A stretch of DNA of 64,000 nucleotides, taken from contig JBFLGF010000229.1 in assembly GCA_050230475.1 (NCBI GenBank), forward strand, positions 1 through 64,000. The letters are read 5' to 3'. Origin of the DNA: Ancylonema sp. Taxonomy: Eukaryota. Shown piece after piece: positions 37,449-50,626 of the stretch (positions are counted from its first letter, which is position 1; every line of letters starts with the position of its first letter). The position numbers and the translations under genes are program-made. A model generated the notes under the pieces. That model had not been told where the DNA came from, ran no database searches, and was given only the letters and a program-made list of their open reading frames with translations.

Positions 37449-40400
37449 ATGGCCGCCCTGGGGCTTGCAGGTTCCCTAGCAACTTCTCTCACCGCGCGCT
37501 ACCGTCAACTGTCTTCGTGCGAAGACGGGATCGCAACGCCAGTATTCGTGAATCATGCCCATCCTAAATTATCGCGGCATTTCTCCCTAGTCCGTTGTAC
37601 AGTAGAACAAGATAGTACATCCGAGGGAGGAGAACCGAGTTCTGTGGCTCCGGCCGAGCCACTTGTGTCTCTTGTTACAAACGCGTTTATCCGAGACGTC
37701 CACTTTGCTCAACATGGCACTACAGCTAGGCTCAACCATGGTTCCTTCGGATCCCCTCCACTCCAGGTCCTTGAGGAACAGTCTAGATTAAGATCTCTAT
37801 GGCTCAGTCAAACAGATGCCTATGCTTACGGTAATGCAATCAATCTCCCCCTCCCTCCCTCCTACATTGATTCATTCCCCGCGAATTGAGAATTAAAGTC
37901 TGTCAATTCCTCTCTCCGGACTTTCTGATCACTTTTCGGCCCACTCCGTACTGTTCCCAAGACAGCGAGCAGAGAACACGCTGTCATGCATTCTAAATTT
38001 TGTTAACTGCTGTCCCTTTCCTGTCTATCTTAGGAGGCTCGAAATTCATTGCAGAGGGAGACTCGTTCAGCATGCACGGCCAGTTGGAGCACGACCTGAG
38101 GGTAACGATCTTTACATTCACAGTGCACCGACCATTATTGAAGATGATGGGCGACTACGCCCCTTCATTCTCCATTACTCTGCCAATCACCAGTTGCTCG
38201 ATGCCACACGAAACTTGCTTGCTATCAAGTCGCCCGATTGTGTACAGCAATTGCTGTCAGCAAACAAAAAACGATTCGCACCCACTGAACCAGCGTAGAC
38301 CTCTTCCCTGTCTGCTGACGTTCAACACCTCAGGTCACATAAAGGTCTTTTTCAAACTTCCCAGACATCCGTAAATAAGTCCTTCAGATGTCACATTTCT
38401 TTCAAAAAGGAAAGGAATCTCTCCCACATCAATTCCTGACAATCTTGACCCCAACACTTTCTCCCGTACTTTCTGTGTGATCAAATGCACCACTCATTTC
38501 GCAGCACGCACGCCATCTCAGCTTTCCAAGAAAGCTTCTTTCCCCCCCCCATACCTCCATGTGCTTCTCATGCTCCCCACGCTCGGCTTTCCGAACCCCC
38601 TGCAGCTGTCCCGAGCTGCCGTTGCAGAGCTCCTGAATCCCTTGAGCATTGAGGAGGTGGTGCTGGTCGACAGCGTGACCACAGCAGCTACCATGGTGGC
38701 CACGCATCTCGCCAAGGGTTTCGAGGAGGGGCGCCATGCGAAAGGCGACAAAGTCCTTCTTCTGAACTGCTCTCACCCCCCCGTCAAGAAGTGCTTTGAG
38801 GCTCACGCAGCCAAAGCAGGTATGGAAAGGTGGGTGAGCGCTGACCTCATGCATTGGCAGTCGAGTGCAGGCAGCACTTCTGCATCCCACTACGTGCGGT
38901 TCTCCTGAGAAGTTACGCACGAAAGTCAATGGAAGATGGAAGGCTTGTCGTCCTCTCGCATTTCAGCAGTTGATAGTATTCAGATGTGCTTGAAATGGTT
39001 AAGAAGGCCACTTACGCTGCTGTTGACACGGCTGGCTCGAGGAATGAGTCCATGTGCGGCCACCTGCGGCCACGTTTGAGCAGTGCAGTGCACCGCCAGT
39101 GAAGTGCCATGAATGTGGACTGGTCTTTGAAGAGGAGCAGGTACAAACTCGGCCTTCTCTGGTGTTGTGGGTATACGTAGGTGCGGAGATTCTGAGTGTC
39201 TACGTGCCGTTCCCATCGGAGTCTGAAGACGATGTGGTGGACTCATTAAGGTCACTTCATCCTCCCACATCCACCTCCCCAATCGCGTTTCAACAACACC
39301 CTCCTCAAATAATAATCCGCCGTGATCTGCAATCTCTGATCTACAACGACGCAACCCGTTGCCAACCCACTTCACATCAGCCCCAGTAACGATACGTCTC
39401 CTCCCTCTGGCTCTCTTTCAGGTTGGGCCTTGAAACAGCGACTGCAAACTCAGGCCGTGTGGCCCTCGCAGTGTTGGACCATGTCACCTACATGCCCTCC
39501 ATGGTGCTGCCCATCAAGCGCCTGGTGGCGCTGTGCCATTCGTTTGGCGTTCCCGTTTTTGTGGACGGGGCGCATGCGGTGGGGAATGTGGAGATCGATG
39601 TACAAAATATCGATGCCGGTACGGTCGAAAGTCATTGCATCGTCCCTCCATCCTTCTGGAATTCAGAAAGGCCTCCGTGTCTAGCTAACACCACCGCATG
39701 TGGAATTGGGGAATCAAGGGGCTTCCTTTCTGCCAGCTCCGATTGGTCATGTGTGCTTGTAGTAGGTGGTGGTGACGGCAGAGCGAAGAAATGAATTGGA
39801 CTGACATGATGACGTCATGACCTCGTTTGTGGCAGAATACTACGTCACCAACCTACACAAGTGGGCCTTCTGCCCTGCCTCGGTGGCGGCCTTCCATGTG
39901 AAGCAAGACCTGATCTCGGAACTGCATCACCCAAACACCTCTCAGAATTACGGTATGCCTGCTACGAATTCGTACCCCTCCTCTCGTCGCAATCTTTCGT
40001 TGGCATTGTTCTCGGACACCTTCCAACCTTCTGAAATGAGACACAAGGATGGCGAGGCATCAAGTAGGTTCGCCTACATGGTGCACTGGCCTCGAAACGC
40101 ACGTATGTAGTGCCGAACAACGCTATGTCACGTGTGTGTACAAACCATTTGTGTAGCAATTCAACCTGAATGAGGTGGTGAGACCAACGATGCCCACAAC
40201 GCGTGTGTGGATTTCGTTGTAGGGGAAGGACTATTCGAAGAGTGCGCGAGGATAGGGACATGTGACTATAGCGCTCAGCTATCCGTGCCAATAGGTAAGT
40301 TATTTCATGGAGCACAATCTAACTAACTAACTAACTAACTGACCTAACCCGCACAAAGTCGTGCCTGTGTTCCATCTCAGAGTCTGTTGAGACAATTGCG

Positions 40401-40962
40401 TACCAACTAGAAAACATTTCGGACCAATCACCCATATTTGTCTTGTGATCACAATCTATGCGAATTATTCATGTGTGAAAACTTATTTGTGTGTTTTGGA
40501 TGGTTTAATGACTGCGATGGTGTCTTACAATGGTGGTTGGATGCAGCATTGAGATATATCGACGATGTGATTGGAGGAATGTCGAGGTTGAGAAAGAGGA
40601 ATAAGGACTGTTTGGAGGAGCAAGCCAGCCTGTTGGCCGGTCATTGGGGCACCGAAGTGGGGGCGATCCCTAGCATGTGCTCATCCATGACAATGGTGGA
40701 GCTCCCTGAGAGCATGAGTGTGAAGTCAGAGACTGACGGCCTCGAGCTCTCGAAGATACTAAGAGAGGAGTATGACGTGGAAGTCCCAGTTTTCTATGCA
40801 GAGGGTCGGTTTGACGTTGGGAACGGGACTGTGATAACGGGGGGTCCTGGAAAGGGCTATTTTAGATTGTCTCATCAAGTGTATAATACACCCGAAGATT
40901 TTACCAAGCTTAGAACTGCTGTCGAAATAATTTCTCAATTGAAGCGGCGCTTCGGTGCGTAA
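37449..40962 (+). CDS. LCD: PLP-dependent class V aminotransferase-fold lyase (L-cysteine desulfhydrase / isopenicillin-N epimerase-like), multi-exon
   Basis: ARLNHGSFGSPP, DSVTTAA, LDHVTYMPSMVLPIKRLV, VDGAHAVG, YYVTNLHKWAFCP (PLP lysine), YFRLSHQVYN. N-terminal transit-peptide-like extension. Confidence 0.85.
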
Positions 40963-42775
40963 CATGTATTGTAAAGAGATGCCACACACTTGTATGAGTA
41001 TGATGGGTGCAATGTAGGGTGCAATGTAGGGTGAGAGATGGTGCAAAGCCCAACTTTGTGAGACTATCCCGATGCACTTCATCATAGTTTTGTAGTCTTG
41101 TGTGTGGTGCACGTGACTTTTCGCTGGTCGCATATCATCCCGCGTGTGTACTTGGGTGTGATGACGACCTCCTTCTTTCTTGTCGGGAGATAAGGTGTGA
41201 GGTTAGAATATGTCGTCCAATTTTGCTTGATGTCCTCCAAGCTTTGTCAGACCCCGTGATTCGCTCCACCATGATGTTGGAGGAAAGATGTCTTGATGTC
41301 ACAAGGGTATGCCTTTTCTGCCCATGTAATTTGCGAGACACATTGATGGCAATAAACACACCTATATATTGCCGCGAATACTCCAAGTGACCACGAGAAT
41401 AATGGGATAATTTTTTCATGGGTTTGTCTGACCGTGTTAGCATGTAGACAAGAGGCGGAAGTGATGGGCCACTGAATATGGCTATTTGAGCATGGCTTGC
41501 TTCATTTGAGGTCCCAACTATCGCCCCAAAAGAAAGAAATTGAGCAAGATGATGGTATATGAGTCTCGTTTGGATTATAGCCTATGTCTTATTGGCCTTA
41601 GATAAATTTAGTGAAGAAGGAAGCAAGGTGTAGATGGTACACTAAGAACACTCATTTAGTCATATAATGCCTCATAGCACGATCATGTACTAAAAACAAA
41701 GAGTACAAATATCCTTTTTAAGAAATTTGTAGATGCTGACTATCAATCCTTCTATTTTAAAGTTGATTGGTGCGGAACTAGTTCTTGTAGGATATGTTTC
41801 CTTACACGCATTTCACAATGTGCCAAGACTTGATACTTCCATTCATTTGAAGTTCGTATCGAAGGTCATACGAACAAGGGCATTTGTTGAGGTGAGAGAT
41901 CTCGATGTGAAGGACCGCGATAAAGAATTAGAGGTCTTTTGCAACAAAGAAAATCGCTAGAAGAGTGATATTTCACAATGTTCTTTCTTTAATTTGAGTG
42001 TCAACTATTCAAATTCTTGATTTTTCTCACGCATATTGAAACATGGCTTTTACTTGCCCTATAGGCATTTGACATAACGCTTTAAGTTCTTCCCGAATCT
42101 AAATGGGAGAGCAAAGGACGAAATTGGCATGCTATCTTTCTTGGTTGAGAACGTTGTCATCCCTAAACCGAATCATTCATACCCTCACAAGAAAACCTCA
42201 GGCTTAATAACAGCACTTGCAAAATCTATGTCATCCTCACTGCAGGGTTCCAAATTTATAAGGCATTCTTAAAAAAAAACACTCAATTACGTTTGAGAAA
42301 TGTTGTATGCACGCCAACTTTGTTTAAGTGCACACCACATATATCGATCGAAATGGATCCTGGAGGCATTACTAGTTGTGTACGCGTGGAATTATTACTC
42401 TGTGGAGGTGACGATGGTGCAAGGGAGGGAGTAGGTGCTTGAATGTCCTTAAACGCAATGCTTCGAAAGGCAAACAATGACAATTTCAAATACAGGAATG
42501 ATCTTCTACGCGGATTTCAGTTTTAGGCAGATGCATTTATTCGAGTAGCTTGGTACCCTTAGTATCTCATGCGGATGCTTTTACGACCGCAAAAGTGCCT
42601 CAATCTGGTGCGTAATGTTTCCTTGTCTTGTATTTTTTTTACCAAATTCCTTTTGCTCGTGCGATCCATATCAGATCGATGTTTTTCGTATCGATGAGGT
42701 GAGACGCTCGTTTCAAGAATGGAGGGCACATGAGGCTCACCTGCGTCAACCCCCGGGAAAAGACAGTGACGACAT

Positions 42776-43163
42776 TGTGAAATACTCATTTTCTCGTATG
42801 AGTATTCGTAAGGATGCGAGATGTCACTTAGATCATTCACATACTTTGCTCGGAATAGATCACTCAGAAGTGTTAGTTTATCTCTGGCAGAGTACAGTTT
42901 ATCTCTGGCAGAGTACAGGAGTAAGTCTCTGCTAGGATAAGTCGATAGGGCAAGGACGTGGCGCGGAGGCCGGACAAGCTGACCAATGAGGAGTCAGCTT
43001 GGCCCGATTTTAGTTCTGACGAAGTTTAAGTAATTGTACGAAGCGAATTGTACGGTAACTTGACGAATCTAGGAAATAATCGAACGGATGGCCGCGGATA
43101 TCGCGCACTATCGTACTGCCGCAGACTATCGTACGCGTCACACTTAACATTACACACTCAACA
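42776..43163 (-). repeat. 3' LTR of copia element
   Basis: TGTGAAATAC...CACTCAACA, matches 47769-48173. Carries a 21-bp internal duplication (GTTTATCTCTGGCAGAGTACA). Confidence 0.93.
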
Positions 43164-43175
43164 CACCCCCCTAAT
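43164..43175 (-). other. Polypurine tract (ATTAGGGGGGTG) of copia element
   Basis: Purine run abutting the 3' LTR on the minus strand. Confidence 0.8.
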
Positions 43176-43299
43176 GCTAATTGTGTCAAAAGAGTAAAAC
43201 TGCCGAAAAGAAAATCTAAGCGAAACACATGACGAATGCTACAGCAACCCCAAAAAAATACGCCATGTGATAAAAACTGGACACCCTACATCATTCCAA

Positions 43300-46200
43300 T
43301 CAATAGCGAACGACTCCCACACTCGCATGCTTAGTCATCATGTCTGCTCCCATCTGCCCTGCACTTATTTTAACGAAGTACAGCTCCTTCTCCTTGAAGA
43401 CCCTGTCGCGCACGAAGTGGTACCTGGCTAGGATCTGCTTCGTGCGAGCGTGGTACACTGGGTTGTGCACGATATCAAGTGCCGGTTGGCTGTCCACTAG
43501 CACCTTGACAGGTACCCCCACCCCTTCTTCCCCCTGCATTTGGAGCTGTAACTGACGCAAGAAACTGACCTCCTGTGCAGCTACGGAGAAGCCCATGTAC
43601 TCTGATTCGCAAGAGCTCAAACTGGCATTGCCGAGCAGCTTCGACTGCCAGCTAACCGGGCCACCAGCAGAGATCATGACGAAGGCAGCGCGGGAGCGGG
43701 ATATATCGGGACAGGTAAGATGACTGGAGTCACATTAATCCCACAGAGCTGTCGAAACCCCCTTTTTGAAGCACAGACCCTCCCCACTGGTCCCTTGCAG
43801 GTACCGCAGCACATGGTTGGACCCCCTCCCAGTGAGCCATCCCGGGGTTGTGGTTGACGCGGCTGAGGCAGCTGACAGCTGCAGAGATGTCCGGACGGGT
43901 ACACACCGCCAAGGTACAAGAGGGAGCCAATAGCACTGCGGGGAATGGCTGCCATTGTCTGTTTAGCTGCTAAAGATGTGGGGGAGTCAGCCTGGCTGAG
44001 CTTGCACCCAGGAGGTAGAGGAGTGCTGGCAGCCCGAGGGCTGTCGACTAGGTATCGCAAGAGCACCTCTCCCAGGTACTTCTCCTGCAGCAGCTGAACA
44101 TCCCCACCAGGTAAGCGCCTGATCTCCATTCCCAATAGGAAAGTGGCTACGCCGAGGTCTTTCATCTTGAATCCGCTGTGCAGGAACTGCTTCACCAGGG
44201 CGATCTCCTCCATCACCTTGCCGATGACGAACATGTCATCGACAAACAGCCCAAGCAGGATCCGACGACCCCCCTGATGTATGGCGTAGACCGCAGAAAT
44301 CGGAGGTAAGTCTCTCCAACCCAAACTCTGAAAGGGCTTTATCCACGTGCAAGTTCCACATGCGCGGGGACTGCTTGAGGCCATACAGCGCCTTAAGAGC
44401 CGCAGCACCTTCCCTGGCATCTCCTCCCCGAACATCCCCTCTGGAATTTCCAGGTAAACCTCCTCCTCCAATTTTGCGTACAGAAATGTTGTCGTTACGT
44501 CCAGCTGTTCCTTAGCATCCCCTCCGATGCAGCAGCTGCAAGCATTAGTCGTATGCTTTCGAACCTGACTGTTGGGGAGTATGTTTCCGTGTAGTCGATC
44601 CCCTCAGCTTGCATGAACCCCCGCCCGTGCGACGAGGCGCGCTTTGTATTTCTCCACCTCCCCCGACAGGCCCCTCTTCCTTAAACACCCATTTGCTTGT
44701 GATGACAGGGTGACGAGGCCTGTTCCACCACGGCGAACACCTTGTTCTCCACTAGCGAGGCCACCTCCGCCGCGCACGCCTCCAACCACCGCTCCGAGTC
44801 AGGTGACTTCATGGCCTGCTTGAAGGTTTTTGGGTCATCTGTAGAACTCTCCATCGTAGCCAGCATGAGCATGTCCTCCATGTACCGCGGAGGGACGCCT
44901 CGACTCTCCTAGGAGCTGCGGCGCAGGGCTGGGGCAATTGGAAGGGGTGGGGGCTGGGCTGCAGAAGGGTTCTCGTCGACTGGGGCCTCCGCCGGGGCTG
45001 GGACCGCGGCTGGGGCTCGGACCACGGCTGGGTTTGTTCTGCTTCTGCGTCTAGGACCGCGGCTGGGGCCGCTGCTGGAGCTGGCTGCTGGGGCTGGGGT
45101 CGCGGATGGGTCCTCTTCTGGGGCTGGGACTGCGGCTGGGGCCTCTTCTGGGGCTAGGACAGCGGCTGGGGCCGCTGCTGGGGCTGGGACTGCGGCTGGG
45201 GCCCCGTTGCAGGTTGGGGCACCGTCTGTTGCGGTCGCAGGCACTCCTCTGTATCTGCAGGTGGGGGAGGAGCAGCAGGGAAGACGAGCGGCTCCTCTTT
45301 GACCTCTTCAACTTCAGCAGTTGCTGACAGAGGTGCGCGCCACTAGCCTGGAGGAGCAGCTTCATCGAAAGCGGGAGCAGCGACGTCGTACACCTTTTGC
45401 CGCTCTGTGTCCCACACACGATAGGCAGGGTTGTGCGACGTGTAGCTCACCAGGACACCGATGAAGCTCACTGGTGCGAACTTGCCTCCTCGCGCAGACT
45501 TTGGGAGCTGGCAGAACGCCTTGCAACCCAGCACCCTCAGCTTTGGAGAGGTTGGGCTTCTGCCCCGTCCACATCTCCCACGGCGTGCAAACCAGGTTGG
45601 TGGCTGGACATGTTGCGTAGCATGTTGATCGCGTGCAGCACCTCAGCCCACATGTAGCCAGGCAGCAACGAAGCTGACATGACTGTTCTGGTCTTGTCCT
45701 GCACAGTGCGGTTCCACCTCTCCGCCACGCCGTTGCTCTCCGGAGAGCGAGGGGGTGTGGTTTGCAGCTGCACTCCCAGCAGCGCCATGGACGACTTGAA
45801 CGCGTTGGAGGTAAACTCCCCCCCGTTGTCAGAACGGAGCTTGAGCAGCTTTTTTTTGGACTGCCCTTCCGCCACCCCTTTCCACTCCATAATTTTGCGA
45901 GCTGCGTCAGACTTCACGCGTAGCGTAAACACCCATGAGAATCTTGTGAACATGTCCATGATGCCTAGGAAGTAGACCGCGCCCCCCAGACTGCTCGGCC
46001 GGACTAGACCGGCCAGGTCCATAACCACCAGCTCAAGTGCGTAAGTAGTCCCATGGCTGAAGGGGACGGCCGGGTGTGGCGGTCGAGTCAGTTTGCCCAG
46101 CTGATGCGTCGCACGGGCTAACTGCACCAGAGATCTGACCCAACCCTGTTGCCATATCCCCACGCAAGGGAGTCGTCGTAGGGCCCCCTCTCCACTGTGA

Positions 46201-47740
46201 CCAAGACGGCGATGGAGCAGATCCATGGAAAGCGAGGTGCTGAAGACCTCCACGCACCGGCTGGAGAGTAGAGGAGCAGTCGTAGATAGTATCTTGCAAT
46301 CGAGAGTCAGTCGCCCACTCTTAGACTCCGTCATTAGGGCCACCATTCCTCCCCTAGCATTCCTTGATGACCGCCTTCCCTGGAATCTCGTTGAACACGT
46401 AGACGAAATTTGCTGCCCGCAGGCGTTGTAACGAGAGAATGTTGAAATGCGTTGATGGCATGTAAAGTACATTTTCCAACTTCAGTAATTGTGTCCCCGA
46501 TTCTGCGTCCACCTCTAGAATAACTGTCCCAGTGTGCGTCACATCAACACTGCCATCGACATGATTGACCTTGAATGGTCCTGAAAGGGATGATATCTTG
46601 CAGAAGTAGAATGTGTCGTGACAGATGTGATGGCTGGCTCCAAAGTCAGCCAAAAAGCTCCTTGACAGGGCTGAGTTGACATAGCTCACAAGTACCTCAC
46701 CCCCTTGCCCATTTTGCACCCCCGACTGCTGCATCTGCACACTATGATGAGAATCACTGTGTGCAAACTCTGCAACAGCCGCATGGCCGCCATGAAAGAA
46801 TGAAGCCTCCCCACTTGCTCCACCTTGCATCTGGTCCTTCTTTCGCTTGCACGCCTTCTCAACATGGCCAATTTTTTTGCAGAATGCACAACTCGCCGAC
46901 TCCGCCTCCGGGCAGTCGCTTGCGTAGTGTCCCTTCTCTCCACAACAGTAGCACATGGTGTAGGTAGTGGCTAGACGTCTGCTACCACCAGCCTGGTTTG
47001 CATTACCCTTGTATTTCTGCGCCCATAACACCTCCGCCTTGGCCACCTCGGCCTTAACCAGATCTGCTAGGGCAGCCGATCCAGGAGGTAGGGCAGATTG
47101 CCGTTGGTAGTCATCATCATCATCCCTCATAGCGGCGAAGAGCTCCTCGAGGTCCATTCTGTCATTGGGCCGAGAGTGCAGCCATGTCCCTCTTGAGATG
47201 CACGTACCGATCGTTGGGTTGATCAAGGAGTTGCCGCTCCAAAGATGTCATCCTCCAAACGGACCTTTTGTTGCCTGCAATTTGGCCATCACCGACTCAA
47301 AACCTGGATATCGTCTCCTCTACGGTTTCTATTTCCTGATGCTGAAATTGGAAAAGAGCCTTTTGGGCTGCAGATTTTCCCAATTCTGACACACGTGCGA
47401 ACTTTCGCTGAAGCTTGGTCCAGATGGCGACTGGATCATCGAGGACTGTGGTGATCGCCACGAGCTCAGTGTCAGAGATGGACTCAGCTAGCAGGCACGC
47501 TGCCCTGGTGTAGTAATCGATGTATCGATCGTACTTGTCGGCAGCGATTGTCGCCGCCTCGATGGCTTCCGGAGTTGCCACTTCCACACCCAACTCGTGT
47601 ACTCTTGGTCGCGGCGGTCTGACGCGATCCTCGTTTACTATGTCCCAGACCTTGTTGACCAGTAGTATCCCTTTTAGTCTGGCTGACCATTGACTATAGT
47701 TGTCTTTATTAAGTTGGTTACTTGTTGCCCTGAATCGGGT
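43300..47740 (-). pseudogene. Copia gag-pol pseudogene
   Basis: Gag (LNKDNYSQWSARL), two zinc knuckles, protease (LADFGASHH), GAG-pre-integrase (LHRRLGH), integrase (LRSDNGGEF, SNGVAERWNRT), RT (YKARLVA, LFVDDM, MKDLG, TRPDI), RNase H (SWQSK, SSCESEY, ADMMTK), split across several frames. Confidence 0.92.
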
Positions 47741-47756
47741 GCCATCAGATGACACG

Positions 47757-47768
47757 GCTCTGCTACCA
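47757..47768 (-). other. Primer binding site TGGTAGCAGAGC (initiator tRNA-Met type)
   Basis: Lies immediately 3' of the 5' LTR on the minus strand. Confidence 0.85.
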
Positions 47769-48173
47769 TGTGAAATACTCATTTTCTTGTATGAGTATTC
47801 GTAAGGATGCGAGATGTCACTTAGATCATTCGCATACTTTGCTCGGAATAGATCACTTAGAAGTATTAGTTTATCTCTGGCAGAGTACAGGAGTAAGTCT
47901 CTGCTTGGATAAGACGATAGGACAAGGACGTGGCGCGGAGGCCGGAGTCATTGCGGAGGCGGCGCCAAGCTGACCAATGAGGAGTCAGCTTGGCCCGATT
48001 TAAGTTCTGACGAAGTTTAAGTTATTTGTACGAAGCGAATTGTACGGTAACTTGACGAATCTAGGAAATAATCGAACGGAATATCGCGGATATCATACGG
48101 CCGCGGATATCGCGCACTATCGTACTGCCGCAGACTATCGTACGCGTTCACACTTAGCATTACACACTCAACA
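47769..48173 (-). repeat. 5' LTR of copia element
   Basis: Matches 42776-43163 with scattered substitutions and a few ~20-bp indels. Confidence 0.93.
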
Positions 48174-48861
48174 GACATTCGACCCGTTGAAATGTGAGCG
48201 TCCACCAAGTACCCCATCCCACTACACGGTCCTGGTGGACGTATTGGCGTCGCAACAAATGGAAGTTGGGCAATGGAAACACGAAAACATCACGTGTCCA
48301 CCAACTACATCCATCCACATGACGGGGGTGATTTTTTTGCGGAATTTGGAGTGCATGCTTCGAAATAACATGTTGCGTTACAATCTAATACGTATCCCTC
48401 ATCGTTTTGTGATGCCTTGCATCGCAATTCTCATGAAATCTACCGGATTATATCTGCGTGCCAAAAAAAGACACGCTCAATTACGCTAAGGTGGCTGACT
48501 TCCAAAAACATGCAAACAACAAAGAGGAGGGGATTGAGGGAGAGTGGTTTGGGAACGTACGTGGGAGAGGAGACGAGCGTATGGGAGCGCCACTATGCCG
48601 TCTCCACATAGTGAGATGACAACTTCGTCTCCTCTACCCACACATTGTGCATGAGTCCACGATGACGTCATTGATGTTATGTGCACGAAATCCAAGGTTA
48701 ATGGACGACTTTCTGGAACACGCTCAAAGGGACTTGGCGGAGAATGAAGAAACCCAGAAAGTGTTGTTAGGGTATGAGGTGAGGGGGGTTTGGGGGGGGG
48801 GAGGGGGGGTTATTGATAATAATGAGGAAGTTCAATGGTGAATAACACAGAAAGCCACGTT

Positions 48862-48897
48862 AAAATAAAAATAAAAATAAAAATAAAAATAAAAATA
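48862..48897. repeat. (AAAATA)n microsatellite
   Basis: Visible directly. Confidence 0.8.
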
Positions 48898-50626
48898 GAA
48901 AGGGAAGGAGAACAGAAATTACAAGGTACGCAATTGGACCTCCCATGCATGACGGATGTAGTTTGTACACAAACAAGGTTGTGTTGCCGACCCACACCAG
49001 CGATTACGATAGTGTGAGTCAACGACAATACTTTGAGATCACCCAGCCGGCTCTCAACTAACCTCTTGTGGTAGTGTAGATGGGTAATGGCAGAGTGAGA
49101 TGATGTCCAAGGGCATAGACGTGTTACATGCCTATATGCATGAACATGACATGCTCATGCACGGGTGGATACATGTATGGTTCCGCACTCTCTTCTATCA
49201 ACGGTAATGGACTGAGATGAAATGGGAGACCTTGTTTGTGAGCGCAATAATTTGTGTGGTTGTTGTGGCATGAAAACCCACCCACAAAACATGTTTTTTC
49301 TCACCGCCATCGATCTTTATACCCAACTACATCCATAGGTGGGACGAATCAAATCAAAAATCAAACGGGCACCACCCTACCCAACAATAACATATCCATG
49401 ACCTCCAACGCATGCGGGTGTGATTGTCAGACATGACACCAGAATACGTGGCGATCGTGATGGCCCCCACCGACCCCAAGTTGTACGTCCACGACCACCA
49501 CCACAAGCCCGGGTTATCGTTTTAATCGTCTGGATTCGGTTGCAGATGACAAAGACACTACTTGCCGCTAATACATTCAACCGTGCTAGGTGCCCGGGTA
49601 GAATTGTACCCGGCACCTTTAACATCAATCTTAAGCATTAGATGACAGATCTGAACCTAGATATCATAACACACCCCCTTAGATTGTCATCAGCTGATTG
49701 AAATTATCGTCTGAGGAAATTAATTGGTATTGGTGACCAATGAAAACTTTTTGGGCCATATAATCACATGACATAGAAACACCCCTTAGTGTTTGTTAAT
49801 CTAGAGGGGTTGTAGAAATAATGTTTCGCTCCTTCTCGAGCCATGGCCTCCTTCACATACAACAACAATGAGCTGAAGTCAGTTTCTGATCAACCAGCAG
49901 TCCATAACGACAAATTCTTAAATACCAGATTTAGACGTAAAAGTGCAGAATCTTCCAGCAATCATTTTTAGACTTGATACTCGTCAAAATGACCTGAAAT
50001 TTTGTCTGCAGCAGTGGCAGCGGCAGTGGCAGCAGCGAAGTGGTGAAGACCTACGGTCCAGTGCACTCCACCTGAAGTGTACGACCGAGGGGCACGATGA
50101 ATGACGCCAGGGGTAGCGAAGCGTGACCATAACTTGACAATTTTTCGGAACGAGTTCACTTCGGAATCTACAAAGCGATCTCCCGATAACCAGGTTCACT
50201 TCGTGTCGATACCTGCAGATTATCAATCGAAGCGATCCGCGAAAGTGAACGGCCATAACTTTTGCTCACTTACTCCCACTTAAGCTTGAATGGTCCACGT
50301 GTCTTCCTAGAAATCCAACCCTGTGTGCGCCTCAGACGGGAAAATTGTCCAAAATCATCGCGTTCCTGCGGAGTGTATTTATCCCGAAAGGCCAAAAACA
50401 TATACCCTCCTGCTTTCCTGGATATTGTTATTGCGAACTCATCAAGCGGCACTCCTGTTCGCGAACCCAGGTCACCAATTCAGCATAAAGTAAGCGATCT
50501 CGCTTCCTCAGGGGATCAAACGCTATCACAAGATAGTTTGATATTAGCACTCTTTCAGCGCTCGGCCACTAGAAAGAGTACTGTGTGCTGGGAAATTCAA
50601 GCACCCTGCAAAGCGCCGTTTTGGGA

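Larger units (their letters stand above)
42776..48173 (-). mobile_element. Full-length but decayed Ty1/copia LTR retrotransposon
   Basis: Two TG...CA LTRs, 5-bp TSD GACAT (42771-42775, 48174-48178), PBS, PPT, and domain order Gag-PR-IN-RT-RNaseH on the minus strand with many frameshifts. Confidence 0.96.
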
